Positions 8,580 through 17,386 of a stretch of DNA of 64,000 nt are shown here, piece after piece. The notes below the pieces were generated by a model. It saw only the letters and a program-made list of their open reading frames with translations, did not search any database and had not been told where the DNA came from. Source of the stretch: a virus; IMG/VR virus record IMGVR_UViG_3300002835_000024. One strand, 5' to 3'. The position numbers and the translations under genes were made by a program. Position 1 is the stretch's first letter. The number at the start of each line of letters is the position of its first letter.

Positions 8580-10439
8580 ATGAAAGATTATCAAAAAATT
8601 ATTGCAGTTTCTAAGTATGCGAGATGGTTGGAAAAGGAAAATCGCAGGGAAGTTTGGGAAGAAACTGTTCAACGATATTGCGATAATGTCCTCAGCAAAT
8701 GCGTCGATTCCAAGACAGTTGAGCGGATTCGTTTGGCTATTCTCAATCTAGAAGTTATGCCTTCAATGAGAGCTCTTATGACTGCAGGACCTGCTCTTGA
8801 TAGGTGCAACGTGGCAGGCTATAACTGTTCTTATCTTCCAATTGACAGTCTGAGATCTTTCGACGAGATGTTCTACGTTACCCTTTGCGGAACAGGCGTA
8901 GGATTTTCGGTTGAGCGGAGAAACGTAGACAAGCTTCCAAGCATTTCAGAACATTTCGAGAAGTCAAATACCAAGATCGTTGTGGGCGACTCAAAGGCTG
9001 GGTGGGCTCGAGCCCTAAAAGAACTTCTTGCTCTTCTTTGGTCCGGACAGGTTCCAGAGATTGATTATTCTTTGGTCCGACCCGCAGGAGCTCCTCTTAA
9101 AACATTCGGTGGAAGAGCTTCAGGCCCTGGTCCTCTAAAAGAGACCTTTGATTATATCATCAAAACAGTAAGAGAAGCTTCTGGAAGAAAACTAAGGCCG
9201 ATTGAGTGCCACGATATCGTTTGTAAGATTGCAGACTGTGTGGTTGTCGGAGGAGTTCGCAGGGCTGCTCTGATCTCACTATCTGACCTTTCTGATAAAG
9301 AAATGGCTTTGGCTAAATCAGGGAACTGGTGGCAGACACACCCCCACAGGTCTCTGGCCAACAACTCAGCTATTTACGATGAAAAGCCCACTCTTTCTCA
9401 GTTTATTGATGAGTGGAAAGCTATCTATGACTCCAAGTCTGGCGAGCGTGGCATCATCAATCGTCATGCTCTGAAAAAGCAAGCTGAGCGAACAGGCAGG
9501 AGAAATAGCGATGTTGCTTTCGGTGTGAACCCATGCGCCGAAATTATTCTCCGTCCATATCAGTTTTGTAATCTTTCAGAGGTCGTAGTTCGTGACACTG
9601 ATACAATCGAAACCTTGAAAACTAAAGTTGAGTTAGCCACAATCATTGGCACGGTCCAATCAACTCTTACTAATTTCAAATATCTCCGCAAAGTCTGGAA
9701 AGACAATTGCGAAGAAGAAAGGCTTCTCGGAGTTTCTCTGACGGGAGTGTTTGATAATATTCTTTCCTTTGAATGGATGCCAGAACTAAAGCAGGTCGCG
9801 ATCGAAACCAATGAGATCTGGGCCAAGAAACTCGGCATCAATCAGTCCGTTTCTATTACTTGTCAGAAACCATCAGGAACAGTTTCAGAATTAGTTGACT
9901 CTGCTCCCGGAGTGCATACTCGTTTCTATAGACACTACATCCGAACAATTCGTTCGAACAATGTGGAAGCTATCACCAAGTTCCTGATTGATCAGGGCGT
10001 TCCTCATGAACCAGATATCATGAAGCCAAATGACCGCATGGTGTTCTCTTTCCCACAGAAAGCTCCCAAAAATGCACTTGTTTCTTCTGATATTGGTGCT
10101 ATCGAACACCTTAATTACTGGATGATTTCTTTCCAGAAGTGGTGCGAACACAACCCATCAGTCACAATTAAGGTTGGTGAAGACGAGTGGCTGGCAGTAG
10201 CAAATTTTGTTTATAACAACTTTGATGATATTGCTGGTATTTCGTTCCTGCCCAAAGACGACAGCGTTTATCAGCAAGCTCCATTCCAGGAAATTGACGA
10301 GGAAACCTATAACAAGTGGGTGGACAATTTCCCCAAAATTGACTGGGATTTATTCCCAAGCTATGAACGAGGGGATCAGACGAAATCAGCAAATGAATTC
10401 GCTTGCGTTTCTGGAGACTGCACGGTGACTGAGATTTAG
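8580..10439 (+). CDS. nrdJ: Class II adenosylcobalamin-dependent ribonucleotide reductase
   Basis: PSMRALMTAG, YNC, GTGVGFS, GGVRRAALI, NPCAEI, CNLSEV, KPSGTVS, C-terminal CxxxxC. No R2 gene is adjacent. Confidence 0.93.
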   Translation: MKDYQKIIAVSKYARWLEKENRREVWEETVQRYCDNVLSKCVDSKTVERIRLAILNLEVMPSMRALMTAGPALDRCNVAGYNCSYLPIDSLRSFDEMFYVTLCGTGVGFSVERRNVDKLPSISEHFEKSNTKIVVGDSKAGWARALKELLALLWSGQVPEIDYSLVRPAGAPLKTFGGRASGPGPLKETFDYIIKTVREASGRKLRPIECHDIVCKIADCVVVGGVRRAALISLSDLSDKEMALAKSGNWWQTHPHRSLANNSAIYDEKPTLSQFIDEWKAIYDSKSGERGIINRHALKKQAERTGRRNSDVAFGVNPCAEIILRPYQFCNLSEVVVRDTDTIETLKTKVELATIIGTVQSTLTNFKYLRKVWKDNCEEERLLGVSLTGVFDNILSFEWMPELKQVAIETNEIWAKKLGINQSVSITCQKPSGTVSELVDSAPGVHTRFYRHYIRTIRSNNVEAITKFLIDQGVPHEPDIMKPNDRMVFSFPQKAPKNALVSSDIGAIEHLNYWMISFQKWCEHNPSVTIKVGEDEWLAVANFVYNNFDDIAGISFLPKDDSVYQQAPFQEIDEETYNKWVDNFPKIDWDLFPSYERGDQTKSANEFACVSGDCTVTEI

Positions 10440-10443
10440 TTTT

Positions 10444-10451
10444 TATAAATA
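10444..10451 (+). promoter_or_regulatory. T4-type late promoter
   Basis: TATAAATA upstream of the repeat protein. Confidence 0.7.
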
Positions 10452-10483
10452 AGAAAGATTCGTATCTTAACAAAGGGTCCAAA

Positions 10484-11404
10484 ATGTCACAGATACTCGA
10501 AGAGCTAAAGCAGTTAGGATTTTCCGCAAAACAGCGTGTCGATCAACTTGAAGCTTTGATAAAAGCTAAACAAAAAGAAATTAAAGATAGAGAAGAGCGC
10601 GCTTTATCTCAGTCTGAACGAGATCAGAATGAGATTGAAAGAACTATGCAAGAGATTCAGGTTCTAAAAGCTCGGGACGTTGAGCTACAAAAACTCAATG
10701 ATTTCATGTCTGGAAAACTCGATAACTCTCCTGTAATAGTAGAAGTTCCTGGACCTGAGCGTATTGTTGAGGTTGTCAAAGAAGTTCGAGTTGAAGTTCC
10801 TGTTGAAGTCATCAAGGAAGTTCCTGGACCCGAACGTGTTATTGAAATAGAAATTCCTGGACCCACAGAAATTGTTGAAATCGTCAAAGAAGTTCCTGTG
10901 GAAATCTTCAAAGATGTCATCAAAGAAGTAGAAGTTATCAAAGAAGTTCCTGGGCCAGAAAGAATTGTTGAGGTCGTCAAGGAAATTCCTGTTGAAGTCA
11001 TTAAGGAAGTGGAAATCGTCAAGGAAGTTCCTGTTGAAGTCATCAAAGAAGTAGAAGTTATCAAAGAAGTTGAGGTTATTAAAGAAGTTCGAGTTGAGGT
11101 TCCTGTTGAAGTCATCAAAGAAGTCGAGGTCATCAAGGAAGTTCCTGTTGAGGTCGTTAAAGAGGTAGAAGTTATCAAAGAAGTTCCTGGGCCAGAAAGA
11201 ATTGTTGAAGTCATCAAAGAAGTTGAAGTCGTCAAAGAAGTTCCAGTAGAAACCATAAAAGAAGTTCCAGTAGAAAACTCTGATCAATTAAAAGAACTGC
11301 AAGATCAACTAAATTCTCTTCAGTTAGCTTTAGCGAACGTGTTACCGCCAACACCTCCCGAGCCAACTGAACCAACTGAGACTGGGGCAAACACCTCTAC
11401 ATAA
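10484..11404 (+). CDS. Coiled-coil protein with VEVIKEVP repeats
   Basis: About 180 aa of EV(I/V)KEVP(V/GPER) repeats between coiled-coil ends. Confidence 0.75.
   Translation: MSQILEELKQLGFSAKQRVDQLEALIKAKQKEIKDREERALSQSERDQNEIERTMQEIQVLKARDVELQKLNDFMSGKLDNSPVIVEVPGPERIVEVVKEVRVEVPVEVIKEVPGPERVIEIEIPGPTEIVEIVKEVPVEIFKDVIKEVEVIKEVPGPERIVEVVKEIPVEVIKEVEIVKEVPVEVIKEVEVIKEVEVIKEVRVEVPVEVIKEVEVIKEVPVEVVKEVEVIKEVPGPERIVEVIKEVEVVKEVPVETIKEVPVENSDQLKELQDQLNSLQLALANVLPPTPPEPTEPTETGANTST
10735..11275 (+). repeat. Degenerate coding tandem repeats (GAAGTTCCT / ATCAAAGAA units)
   Basis: Repeating codon blocks visible directly in the DNA. Confidence 0.9.
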
Positions 11405-11425
11405 ACTGCTGTAGATCGCAAATAT

Positions 11426-11456
11426 AAAAATCCCTGGGACCGCCTGGGGATTTTTT
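11426..11456 (+). terminator. Rho-independent terminator
   Basis: AAAAATCCCTGG...CCTGGGGATTTTTT. Confidence 0.6.
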
Positions 11457-11463
11457 ATAAATA
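11456..11463 (+). promoter_or_regulatory. T4-type late promoter
   Basis: TATAAATA followed by an AGGAG RBS. Confidence 0.75.
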
Positions 11464-11484
11464 TAACAAAATATAATCTAGGAG

Positions 11485-11922
11485 ATGCGATTGAAAACGT
11501 TCAGACAGTTTATTTTTGGGGGGAATAAACCCAAAGTTGATTGGCACGGTTCTTTTAAACAATTGGGAGAAATCGCAGCTTCAAATATCGCTAATGAATT
11601 GAGAACAAAAACATCAAAAAATTTAAACGTTAAAGTGGACATAAATCATTTCGAAGGTGACAAAAATAATCCTGAACAATTTCACGTAAACACGACAGGA
11701 GTTTCCAGAAATTTAAGGTTATCTCCTCCGCAGGAGATATTATCTCCGGAGATATTATCTCCTCCTGCGTTTATTAATTGGGCCATGAAACACATAAAAC
11801 AGCAAAATAATAGAGTAAAGGGATTAGGCCCACCTCCTAAACCAACATCAAGCGACACATTAAGATCTATAACTTTTCACGGAAATGGTGTTATTACCAT
11901 ACATAATCACGGCACAAAATAA
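11485..11922 (+). CDS. Hypothetical late protein, capsid-targeting-like N-terminus
   Basis: MRLKTFRQFI; late promoter. Confidence 0.55.
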   Translation: MRLKTFRQFIFGGNKPKVDWHGSFKQLGEIAASNIANELRTKTSKNLNVKVDINHFEGDKNNPEQFHVNTTGVSRNLRLSPPQEILSPEILSPPAFINWAMKHIKQQNNRVKGLGPPPKPTSSDTLRSITFHGNGVITIHNHGTK

Positions 11923-12330
11923 TTGTCTTGGCATTATGATGGAAAAATATTAGAAGAACCTCCTGAAGACGCTTTTGGGTTTGTCTATCTTATAGAATGT
12001 TCTAAAAACGGCAAAAAATATTATGGTAAAAAACTTCTTACTAAAGCTGGATACAAACAAGTTAAGGGTAAAAGAAAAAAGATAAGAAAACAGTCTGACT
12101 GGAAAACTTATTTCGGATCATCCAAAGAATTATTAGAGGACGTAAAGCTTTTTGGCGAAGATTGTTTTAAACGAACAATTCTTCGTTTTTGTAAAAGTCG
12201 AGGAGAATGTAACTACTTTGAGTCGAAATATATTTTAGAATCTGACGCTATTATTTCTGATAAATTTTATAATGATTGGTTGTCTGTCAAGGTGTCGTCG
12301 AGCCACCTAAAAAATATCAAAATTGCTTGA
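11923..12330 (+). CDS. GIY-YIG family nuclease (Seg-like)
   Basis: FGFVYLI...KKYYGKK, W..YFGSS, E..YI...FYN. Confidence 0.85.
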   Translation: MSWHYDGKILEEPPEDAFGFVYLIECSKNGKKYYGKKLLTKAGYKQVKGKRKKIRKQSDWKTYFGSSKELLEDVKLFGEDCFKRTILRFCKSRGECNYFESKYILESDAIISDKFYNDWLSVKVSSSHLKNIKIA

Positions 12331-12354
12331 CAAAACTTAAAAAACAGGTAAGAT
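12327..12354 (+). promoter_or_regulatory. Sigma70-type promoter
   Basis: TTGACA-N16-TAAGAT. Confidence 0.55.
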
Positions 12355-12371
12355 AAAAACAGGAGAATGAA

Positions 12372-12692
12372 ATGAAAATGACGCCATCAATGAGACAATT
12401 AATCAAAGAAGCAAAGGCAAAACCGACATCGCGAAAGTTGCGCACTGGTGGAATACCTGATTGGGTTGGACCAGAAACAAGACTTCCACATCCAGAGCAC
12501 GATCTTGAAACTAATCTTATGATAAAGCACAAAGGGGGCGAAACATTCTTCTCATCGAAAAATCAGGAAAAATGTGTTCACGTTTCTCCCGCTGGAAATC
12601 ATTTTGTTTATGCTATACATCGTGGCGAGGGTGGTGTCCCCACTCACGTCAAATTGACTGACGTAGCAACGGACCCCAGTTACACCCATTAA
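12372..12692 (+). CDS. Hypothetical protein
   Basis: AGGAG RBS; 106 aa. Confidence 0.6.
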   Translation: MKMTPSMRQLIKEAKAKPTSRKLRTGGIPDWVGPETRLPHPEHDLETNLMIKHKGGETFFSSKNQEKCVHVSPAGNHFVYAIHRGEGGVPTHVKLTDVATDPSYTH

Positions 12693-12727
12693 TTTTTTTC
12701 AACATCTTTATAGGGAATTTACTTGAA

Positions 12728-13117
12728 TTGCAAAAGGTACTCGAACACAAGCATCTGATAATCAGAGCAGAAGTAAACAATCCACCAAAAGACACCGATC
12801 TTATTAATGAGTGGATGAAAAAATTGGTAGATAAAATTGGAATGAAAATTCTTATGGGACCATATAGCGTCTACTCCAATATGGTCGGAAATCAGGGATT
12901 GACCGCAGTTACAATCATTGAGACGAGCCACATTGCCATGCATGTGTGGGATGCAGTAAGTCCTGGATTGATGGAGTTTGATGTGTATACATGCTCAACT
13001 CTTACTCCACAAGACATCATTGATGAGATGCAACAATTTTCCCCAGTCAAAATCGAGTATTTTTTCATCGATCGTGAACATTCGCTAACTTTACTTGAAG
13101 AGAAAAAAGCTGCTTAA
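12728..13117 (+). CDS. speD: S-adenosylmethionine decarboxylase proenzyme-like protein
   Basis: H.II, GLTAVTIIETSHIAMHVW (pyruvoyl Ser-His site), DVYTC. Confidence 0.85.
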   Translation: MQKVLEHKHLIIRAEVNNPPKDTDLINEWMKKLVDKIGMKILMGPYSVYSNMVGNQGLTAVTIIETSHIAMHVWDAVSPGLMEFDVYTCSTLTPQDIIDEMQQFSPVKIEYFFIDREHSLTLLEEKKAA

Positions 13118-13131
13118 CGGAACCACATATT

Positions 13132-13386
13132 ATGCAAGAAACGTTTACTGTATACTCTAAAGACAATTGTTCTTTTTGTCAGCAAGCAAAGAGCTTTTTG
13201 CTGATGCGCTCAAAGAAATTTGAAGTTAAGAATCTTGGATCTGATTATACTCTGGAAGAATTTAGAACAAAGTTTCCAGAACAAAAAACATTTCCTATGA
13301 TTGTTCATCAAAAATATAGTGAAGATGGCGATCAGTTTAATATTGAAGTTGGTGGATTTGATAGATTGAAGGAGTATCTAAAATGA
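13132..13386 (+). CDS. Glutaredoxin
   Basis: VYSK.NCSFC, TFP, GGF. Confidence 0.9.
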   Translation: MQETFTVYSKDNCSFCQQAKSFLLMRSKKFEVKNLGSDYTLEEFRTKFPEQKTFPMIVHQKYSEDGDQFNIEVGGFDRLKEYLK

Positions 13387-13619
13387 TGTATGTTAATGAT
13401 CTAAAGAATAATAAGTGCACAGTGGTTTTCACCAAAGTGAATGGAGATGTTCGGCGAATGCTGTGCACTCTTAAAGAAGATCTTCTTCCGGAAAAACAAA
13501 CAGAATCGGAACGAAAGACCAACGAGAATATCGTTTCTGTCTGGGACATCGAAAACTCTGGTTGGAGGTCTTTTCGAAAGGACTCTGTTATTGATTTTAT
13601 TGTGCATGAAACGACATGA
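13383..13619 (+). CDS. WYL_2/Sm-like SH3 beta-barrel protein
   Basis: V.FTK.NG..R.M.CT...VWD....WRSFR. Confidence 0.75.
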   Translation: MMYVNDLKNNKCTVVFTKVNGDVRRMLCTLKEDLLPEKQTESERKTNENIVSVWDIENSGWRSFRKDSVIDFIVHETT

Positions 13620-13831
13620 TATTTCCGACTATTTTATTTACAGAGATATGGGCTGACGAAGAAGCAGTCAATATTTTATTGAAAAATAATTTTGCTCGTT
13701 TGGATCAAATAAGTTATAAACCGATATTGACGTCATATGGCGTAGACCTTTTCATTAATTACGGTCATCTGCCGCGTCAGCAATTCAAAGACTTTATTAA
13801 ATCTATGGACAATAAAAATGCAAATAAATGA
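13616..13831 (+). CDS. Hypothetical protein
   Basis: ATGA overlap with the upstream gene. Confidence 0.5.
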   Translation: MIFPTILFTEIWADEEAVNILLKNNFARLDQISYKPILTSYGVDLFINYGHLPRQQFKDFIKSMDNKNANK

Positions 13832-14753
13832 ATTGAACGTCAATGCCAATGGCGGGACAGAACTCGTGACGCGAGGATTGTTTGAAAGGTTGGGTGATAG
13901 TCTCGATGGCATTCAGCTTATAAGCTCAAGAGTCAGAGATATTGAGCGAAACAAAAAACGAATTCTGCATCTGCACGATTTGCCAGAAGATCCAGAGTCT
14001 CAACACCTAAGCAATGACCTCTCAAGAAACAGATTCTCCGCTCTGGTCTTTGTTTCTTACTGGCAAATGCAACAATACATCGACAAACTTGGCATTCCAA
14101 ACAACCACAAATGTTTTGTTATTCATAACGCTATTGAACCAATTCCACAAGTTAAGAAACCTGATCCTACTGATAAAGTGAAGTTGATTTACACATCAAC
14201 ACCACACAGGGGTCTTGAGATTCTTGTTCCCGTATTTGAAAATCTTTATGAGAAGTTTGATGGTAAACTAGAGTTGGATGTTTTCTCTTCGTTCAATATC
14301 TATGGATGGCCAGAGAGGGATAAAGTTTATGAGCCCCTTTTTGATCGTTGCAGGAATCATCCTGGGATTAATTATCATGGGTTCCAACCAAACAGTGTTG
14401 TAAGGCAGGCTCTTCAACAGGCGCATATCTTTGCTTATCCCTCTATGTGGAAAGAAACTTTTTGCTTGGCTATGGTAGAGGCTATGTCTGCTGGGTGTCT
14501 TTGTGTGCACTCTGATTTGGCGGCTCTTCCTGAGATTTCGGCAGGCCTCAACCACATGTATCGATATTCAGAATATATGAATGAACATGCTGGGGTTTTT
14601 CACAATAATCTAGAAGATTCTATTCACTTTCTGCTGGAAAATAAAGATAACATGAATTTCTCCTTAAATAAGTTTTATGTTGACCACAGATACAGCTGGG
14701 ATGCTGTAATTCCCCAGTGGAAGTCATTGATATCATTCGTAAAAAACGATTGA
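13818..14753 (+). CDS. Glycosyltransferase (GT4/GT-B)
   Basis: GGTE, HLHD, IHNAI, YTSTPHRGL, YPS..ETFCL..VEAMSAG (EX7E). Confidence 0.9.
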   Translation: MQINELNVNANGGTELVTRGLFERLGDSLDGIQLISSRVRDIERNKKRILHLHDLPEDPESQHLSNDLSRNRFSALVFVSYWQMQQYIDKLGIPNNHKCFVIHNAIEPIPQVKKPDPTDKVKLIYTSTPHRGLEILVPVFENLYEKFDGKLELDVFSSFNIYGWPERDKVYEPLFDRCRNHPGINYHGFQPNSVVRQALQQAHIFAYPSMWKETFCLAMVEAMSAGCLCVHSDLAALPEISAGLNHMYRYSEYMNEHAGVFHNNLEDSIHFLLENKDNMNFSLNKFYVDHRYSWDAVIPQWKSLISFVKND

Positions 14754-14778
14754 CTTTTCAGTTAATTTAGGCTAGAAT
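14750..14778 (+). promoter_or_regulatory. Sigma70-type promoter
   Basis: TTGACT-N17-TAGAAT, with the GCTA-type -10 context seen in alphaproteobacteria. Confidence 0.6.
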
Positions 14779-14802
14779 GGTGTTCTAGCTTAGGGAAGAA
14801 AA

Positions 14803-15900
14803 ATGCTTAAAGTTAAAAAACGTAAGGCTCGTAGGTCATCTGGTAATACGGATGTTTACTATGGCGCCGAACCCATTATTATCGGCAAGATCGATAATCT
14901 TCAGCTATCCAAGGCTCTGACTTGGTATAACTACACCCAAGATGCCGAGAAAGGCCACAGGTGGTTTCTAGATTATTTAGATCGCAGTGGCTCCTCCAAA
15001 TCAGATATTCGTTCTGCCAAGAGGATCAATCCGAAACGAGTCATACCGACCGTGTTCTGGATGGCCAAGATGGCACTCAATGGAACTAAGTTCGATAAAG
15101 AAACGCAACAGCGTTTTGAATATAAAGTTAAAGAAATTATCAATTCTGGTTCCAAGTTGAGCGATCCTGAAGAGATCACAACAACAAAAGAAAAACCCAA
15201 CATCCAAGAACGGATCAAAGAAAAAGGCCAAAACGTTATCGCGGATCTAGAAGAAGCTTATGATCTTTTTGTAACGAAATCACAGAAGTTTGCTCTTTAT
15301 GATTTTCTTCAGAAAAATAATGTTTCGCCGCAAATCTCTGGTATGATTCGCGACTACTACAGTCGTGTTCTTGAAGATCTTAATTGCACCGACAAAGAAG
15401 TCAGAAACTCATTCGGAAAAGACAGGCTCAAGCAGGCCAGGTTTCTGGAAGAATGGATGGCAGACTTAGATCGCCACACTTCTAATCGTAAGGCGTCAAA
15501 GGTTCGGAAACCCAGGAAGAAGAAACAGAAGCTGGCAGTTGATGTTGTCAAGAGGATCAAATATCAGAAAGAGTTTAAGCCTTTCAAGATTGTCTCGATT
15601 CAACCAACTGAAATTGTCGGAAGTCAACAACTCTGGGTTTACAACACTAAATATAAGCAGATGGTTATGTTTAATGCTTCTGGTCCCGCAGGTCTTTCGA
15701 TGAAGGGAACAACTATAACTGGATTTTGTAAAGAGGAATCACAACAGAAAACTCTTAGGAAACCAGAAGAGCAAATCAACAAGGTTCTCAGTGGTGGTAA
15801 AATTATTCTCAGGAAATTCATGAGCGAGATAAAGACTAAAAGTAGAGTTCCTAATGGCAGGATCAATGAGAATTGTATTCTGCTCAGGGTTGTCAAATAA
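14803..15900 (+). CDS. Conserved T4-like hypothetical protein (basic)
   Basis: WYNY, LWVYNTKY, KGTTI.GF, KTLRKPEE, NGRINE..ILL motifs; precedes rnh. Confidence 0.7.
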   Translation: MLKVKKRKARRSSGNTDVYYGAEPIIIGKIDNLQLSKALTWYNYTQDAEKGHRWFLDYLDRSGSSKSDIRSAKRINPKRVIPTVFWMAKMALNGTKFDKETQQRFEYKVKEIINSGSKLSDPEEITTTKEKPNIQERIKEKGQNVIADLEEAYDLFVTKSQKFALYDFLQKNNVSPQISGMIRDYYSRVLEDLNCTDKEVRNSFGKDRLKQARFLEEWMADLDRHTSNRKASKVRKPRKKKQKLAVDVVKRIKYQKEFKPFKIVSIQPTEIVGSQQLWVYNTKYKQMVMFNASGPAGLSMKGTTITGFCKEESQQKTLRKPEEQINKVLSGGKIILRKFMSEIKTKSRVPNGRINENCILLRVVK

Positions 15901-15914
15901 TTGAATCTGGAGAT

Positions 15915-16775
15915 TTGAAAATTATTATCGTTGATCTACAACAAATTATGGTGGCCAATCTGATGATCCAGATTGGTAAAATGAAAAAAGAAGAAGTTGA
16001 TGAGTCTCTTCTGAGACACATGATTCTTAATTCAATCCGTTCTTTCAAAACAGCATATTCCAGCGATTATGGCGAGATTGTTATCGCCTGTGATTCTAAG
16101 AACAGCTGGCGTCGAGAAGCTTTCCCCTATTACAAAGCCAATCGAAGACAACAAAGAGAAGAAGAACAGCTGTTTGATTGGAAACTTGTCTTTGAGTCTT
16201 TCGGTAAAATCAAAGAAGAGCTCAAGCAATTCATGCCCTATAGGCTCGTTCAGGTTGAGGGTGCTGAAGCCGATGATATTATCGCGACTCTCGTTCATAA
16301 GTTTGGTCCCGAAGGAAAACGCATACTGATTCTTTCTGGTGACAAAGACTTTATCCAGCTGCACAACTATATGGGCGTGGAACAATATGATCCCGTGAGA
16401 AAGAAAAAGATCTATCACGCATATCCGGATCTCTACAAACAAGAACATATTATCAGGGGCGACAAGGGTGACGGTATACCCAGCATCCTGATGGGAGATA
16501 ATTCTTTAGTTTTGCGAGAGAGACAAAAACCTTTAAGAGAATCTAAAATAAATAGTTGGTTAGGTAAAAGACCAGAAGAATATTGCGATCATATGTCTCT
16601 GCAGAGATGGTATAGGAATCAACTCTTGATCGATCTAGATATGGTGCCGAAATCCATATCAGAAAAAATTATTCAAGAATACGAAAGCCAAGCTGGGAAA
16701 GACAGAAAATCAATTCTTAATTATTTTATCAAACATCGACTCAAAAATATGATGGAGAAAATAAATGACTTCTAG
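15915..16775 (+). CDS. rnh: RNase H (T4 5'-3' exonuclease)
   Basis: IIVD, D...WR...FPYYKANR, EADDII, SGDKDF.QL, GD.GDGIP. The start is non-AUG and uncertain. Confidence 0.95.
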   Translation: MKIIIVDLQQIMVANLMIQIGKMKKEEVDESLLRHMILNSIRSFKTAYSSDYGEIVIACDSKNSWRREAFPYYKANRRQQREEEQLFDWKLVFESFGKIKEELKQFMPYRLVQVEGAEADDIIATLVHKFGPEGKRILILSGDKDFIQLHNYMGVEQYDPVRKKKIYHAYPDLYKQEHIIRGDKGDGIPSILMGDNSLVLRERQKPLRESKINSWLGKRPEEYCDHMSLQRWYRNQLLIDLDMVPKSISEKIIQEYESQAGKDRKSILNYFIKHRLKNMMEKINDF

Positions 16776-16784
16776 GAGATCACA

Positions 16785-17201
16785 TTGTTAAAAGAATCCC
16801 TTTCTGCTATTATCAACAAAGCCGCACAAATAGACGATACCAAAGAGCGAGTAGAATTCCTTCGAAGGCATGAGTCGGCGCCACTAAAGGTTGTGTTGAG
16901 GTGTGGCTTACACCCAAAAATTAATTGGCTTTTAGAACCAGGAACGCCTAAATATAAACCGAATAGAGAATATCCTGACCTTCAGGGTATGTTATATTCG
17001 AGGACTAGACTTTTATATATGTTTATAGATGGAACTGGCAATCATATTCCGCCACAGAAAAGAGAAAAGCTGTTTGTTGAGATGTTAGAATCGATTCTTC
17101 CTGAGGATGCAGAGCTTCTCATACAAGTTAAAGACAAACAGCTACCAAAAACTATAAACAAAAATATTTTCAATAAAGCTTTTCCAGCAGAAAAAATCTA
17201 A
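16785..17201 (+). CDS. Conserved T4-like hypothetical protein
   Basis: W.L..G.P.Y..N, KRE.LF..MLE...EDAELL...KDK pattern commonly found after rnh. Confidence 0.7.
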   Translation: MLKESLSAIINKAAQIDDTKERVEFLRRHESAPLKVVLRCGLHPKINWLLEPGTPKYKPNREYPDLQGMLYSRTRLLYMFIDGTGNHIPPQKREKLFVEMLESILPEDAELLIQVKDKQLPKTINKNIFNKAFPAEKI

Positions 17202-17212
17202 GAGAGAGGGAA

Positions 17213-17386
17213 ATGGGAAAAACCATTAATAATAGAAGATACTTTCAAGATCTAGAAGAGGACTATGATGTTTGGGATACAGACCGAGAAGGCAACCGTC
17301 GAAAGCGAAAAGAGAAACGCATCGACAGAGCTCTCAGGACTAAAAACATTCAGGAACTGGTTGACCTAGACGAAGAGTTGGATTGA
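17213..17386 (+). CDS. 57-aa charged protein (not in ORF track)
   Basis: GAGGG RBS; MGKTINNRRYFQDLEEDYD... Confidence 0.55.
   Translation: MGKTINNRRYFQDLEEDYDVWDTDREGNRRKRKEKRIDRALRTKNIQELVDLDEELD

Noticed and set aside
10657-11287. Two ~200-aa minus-strand ORFs (TSTSL- and FFDDF-rich)
   Set aside because: Antisense shadows of the VEVIKEVP repeat codons, with no RBS or promoter.
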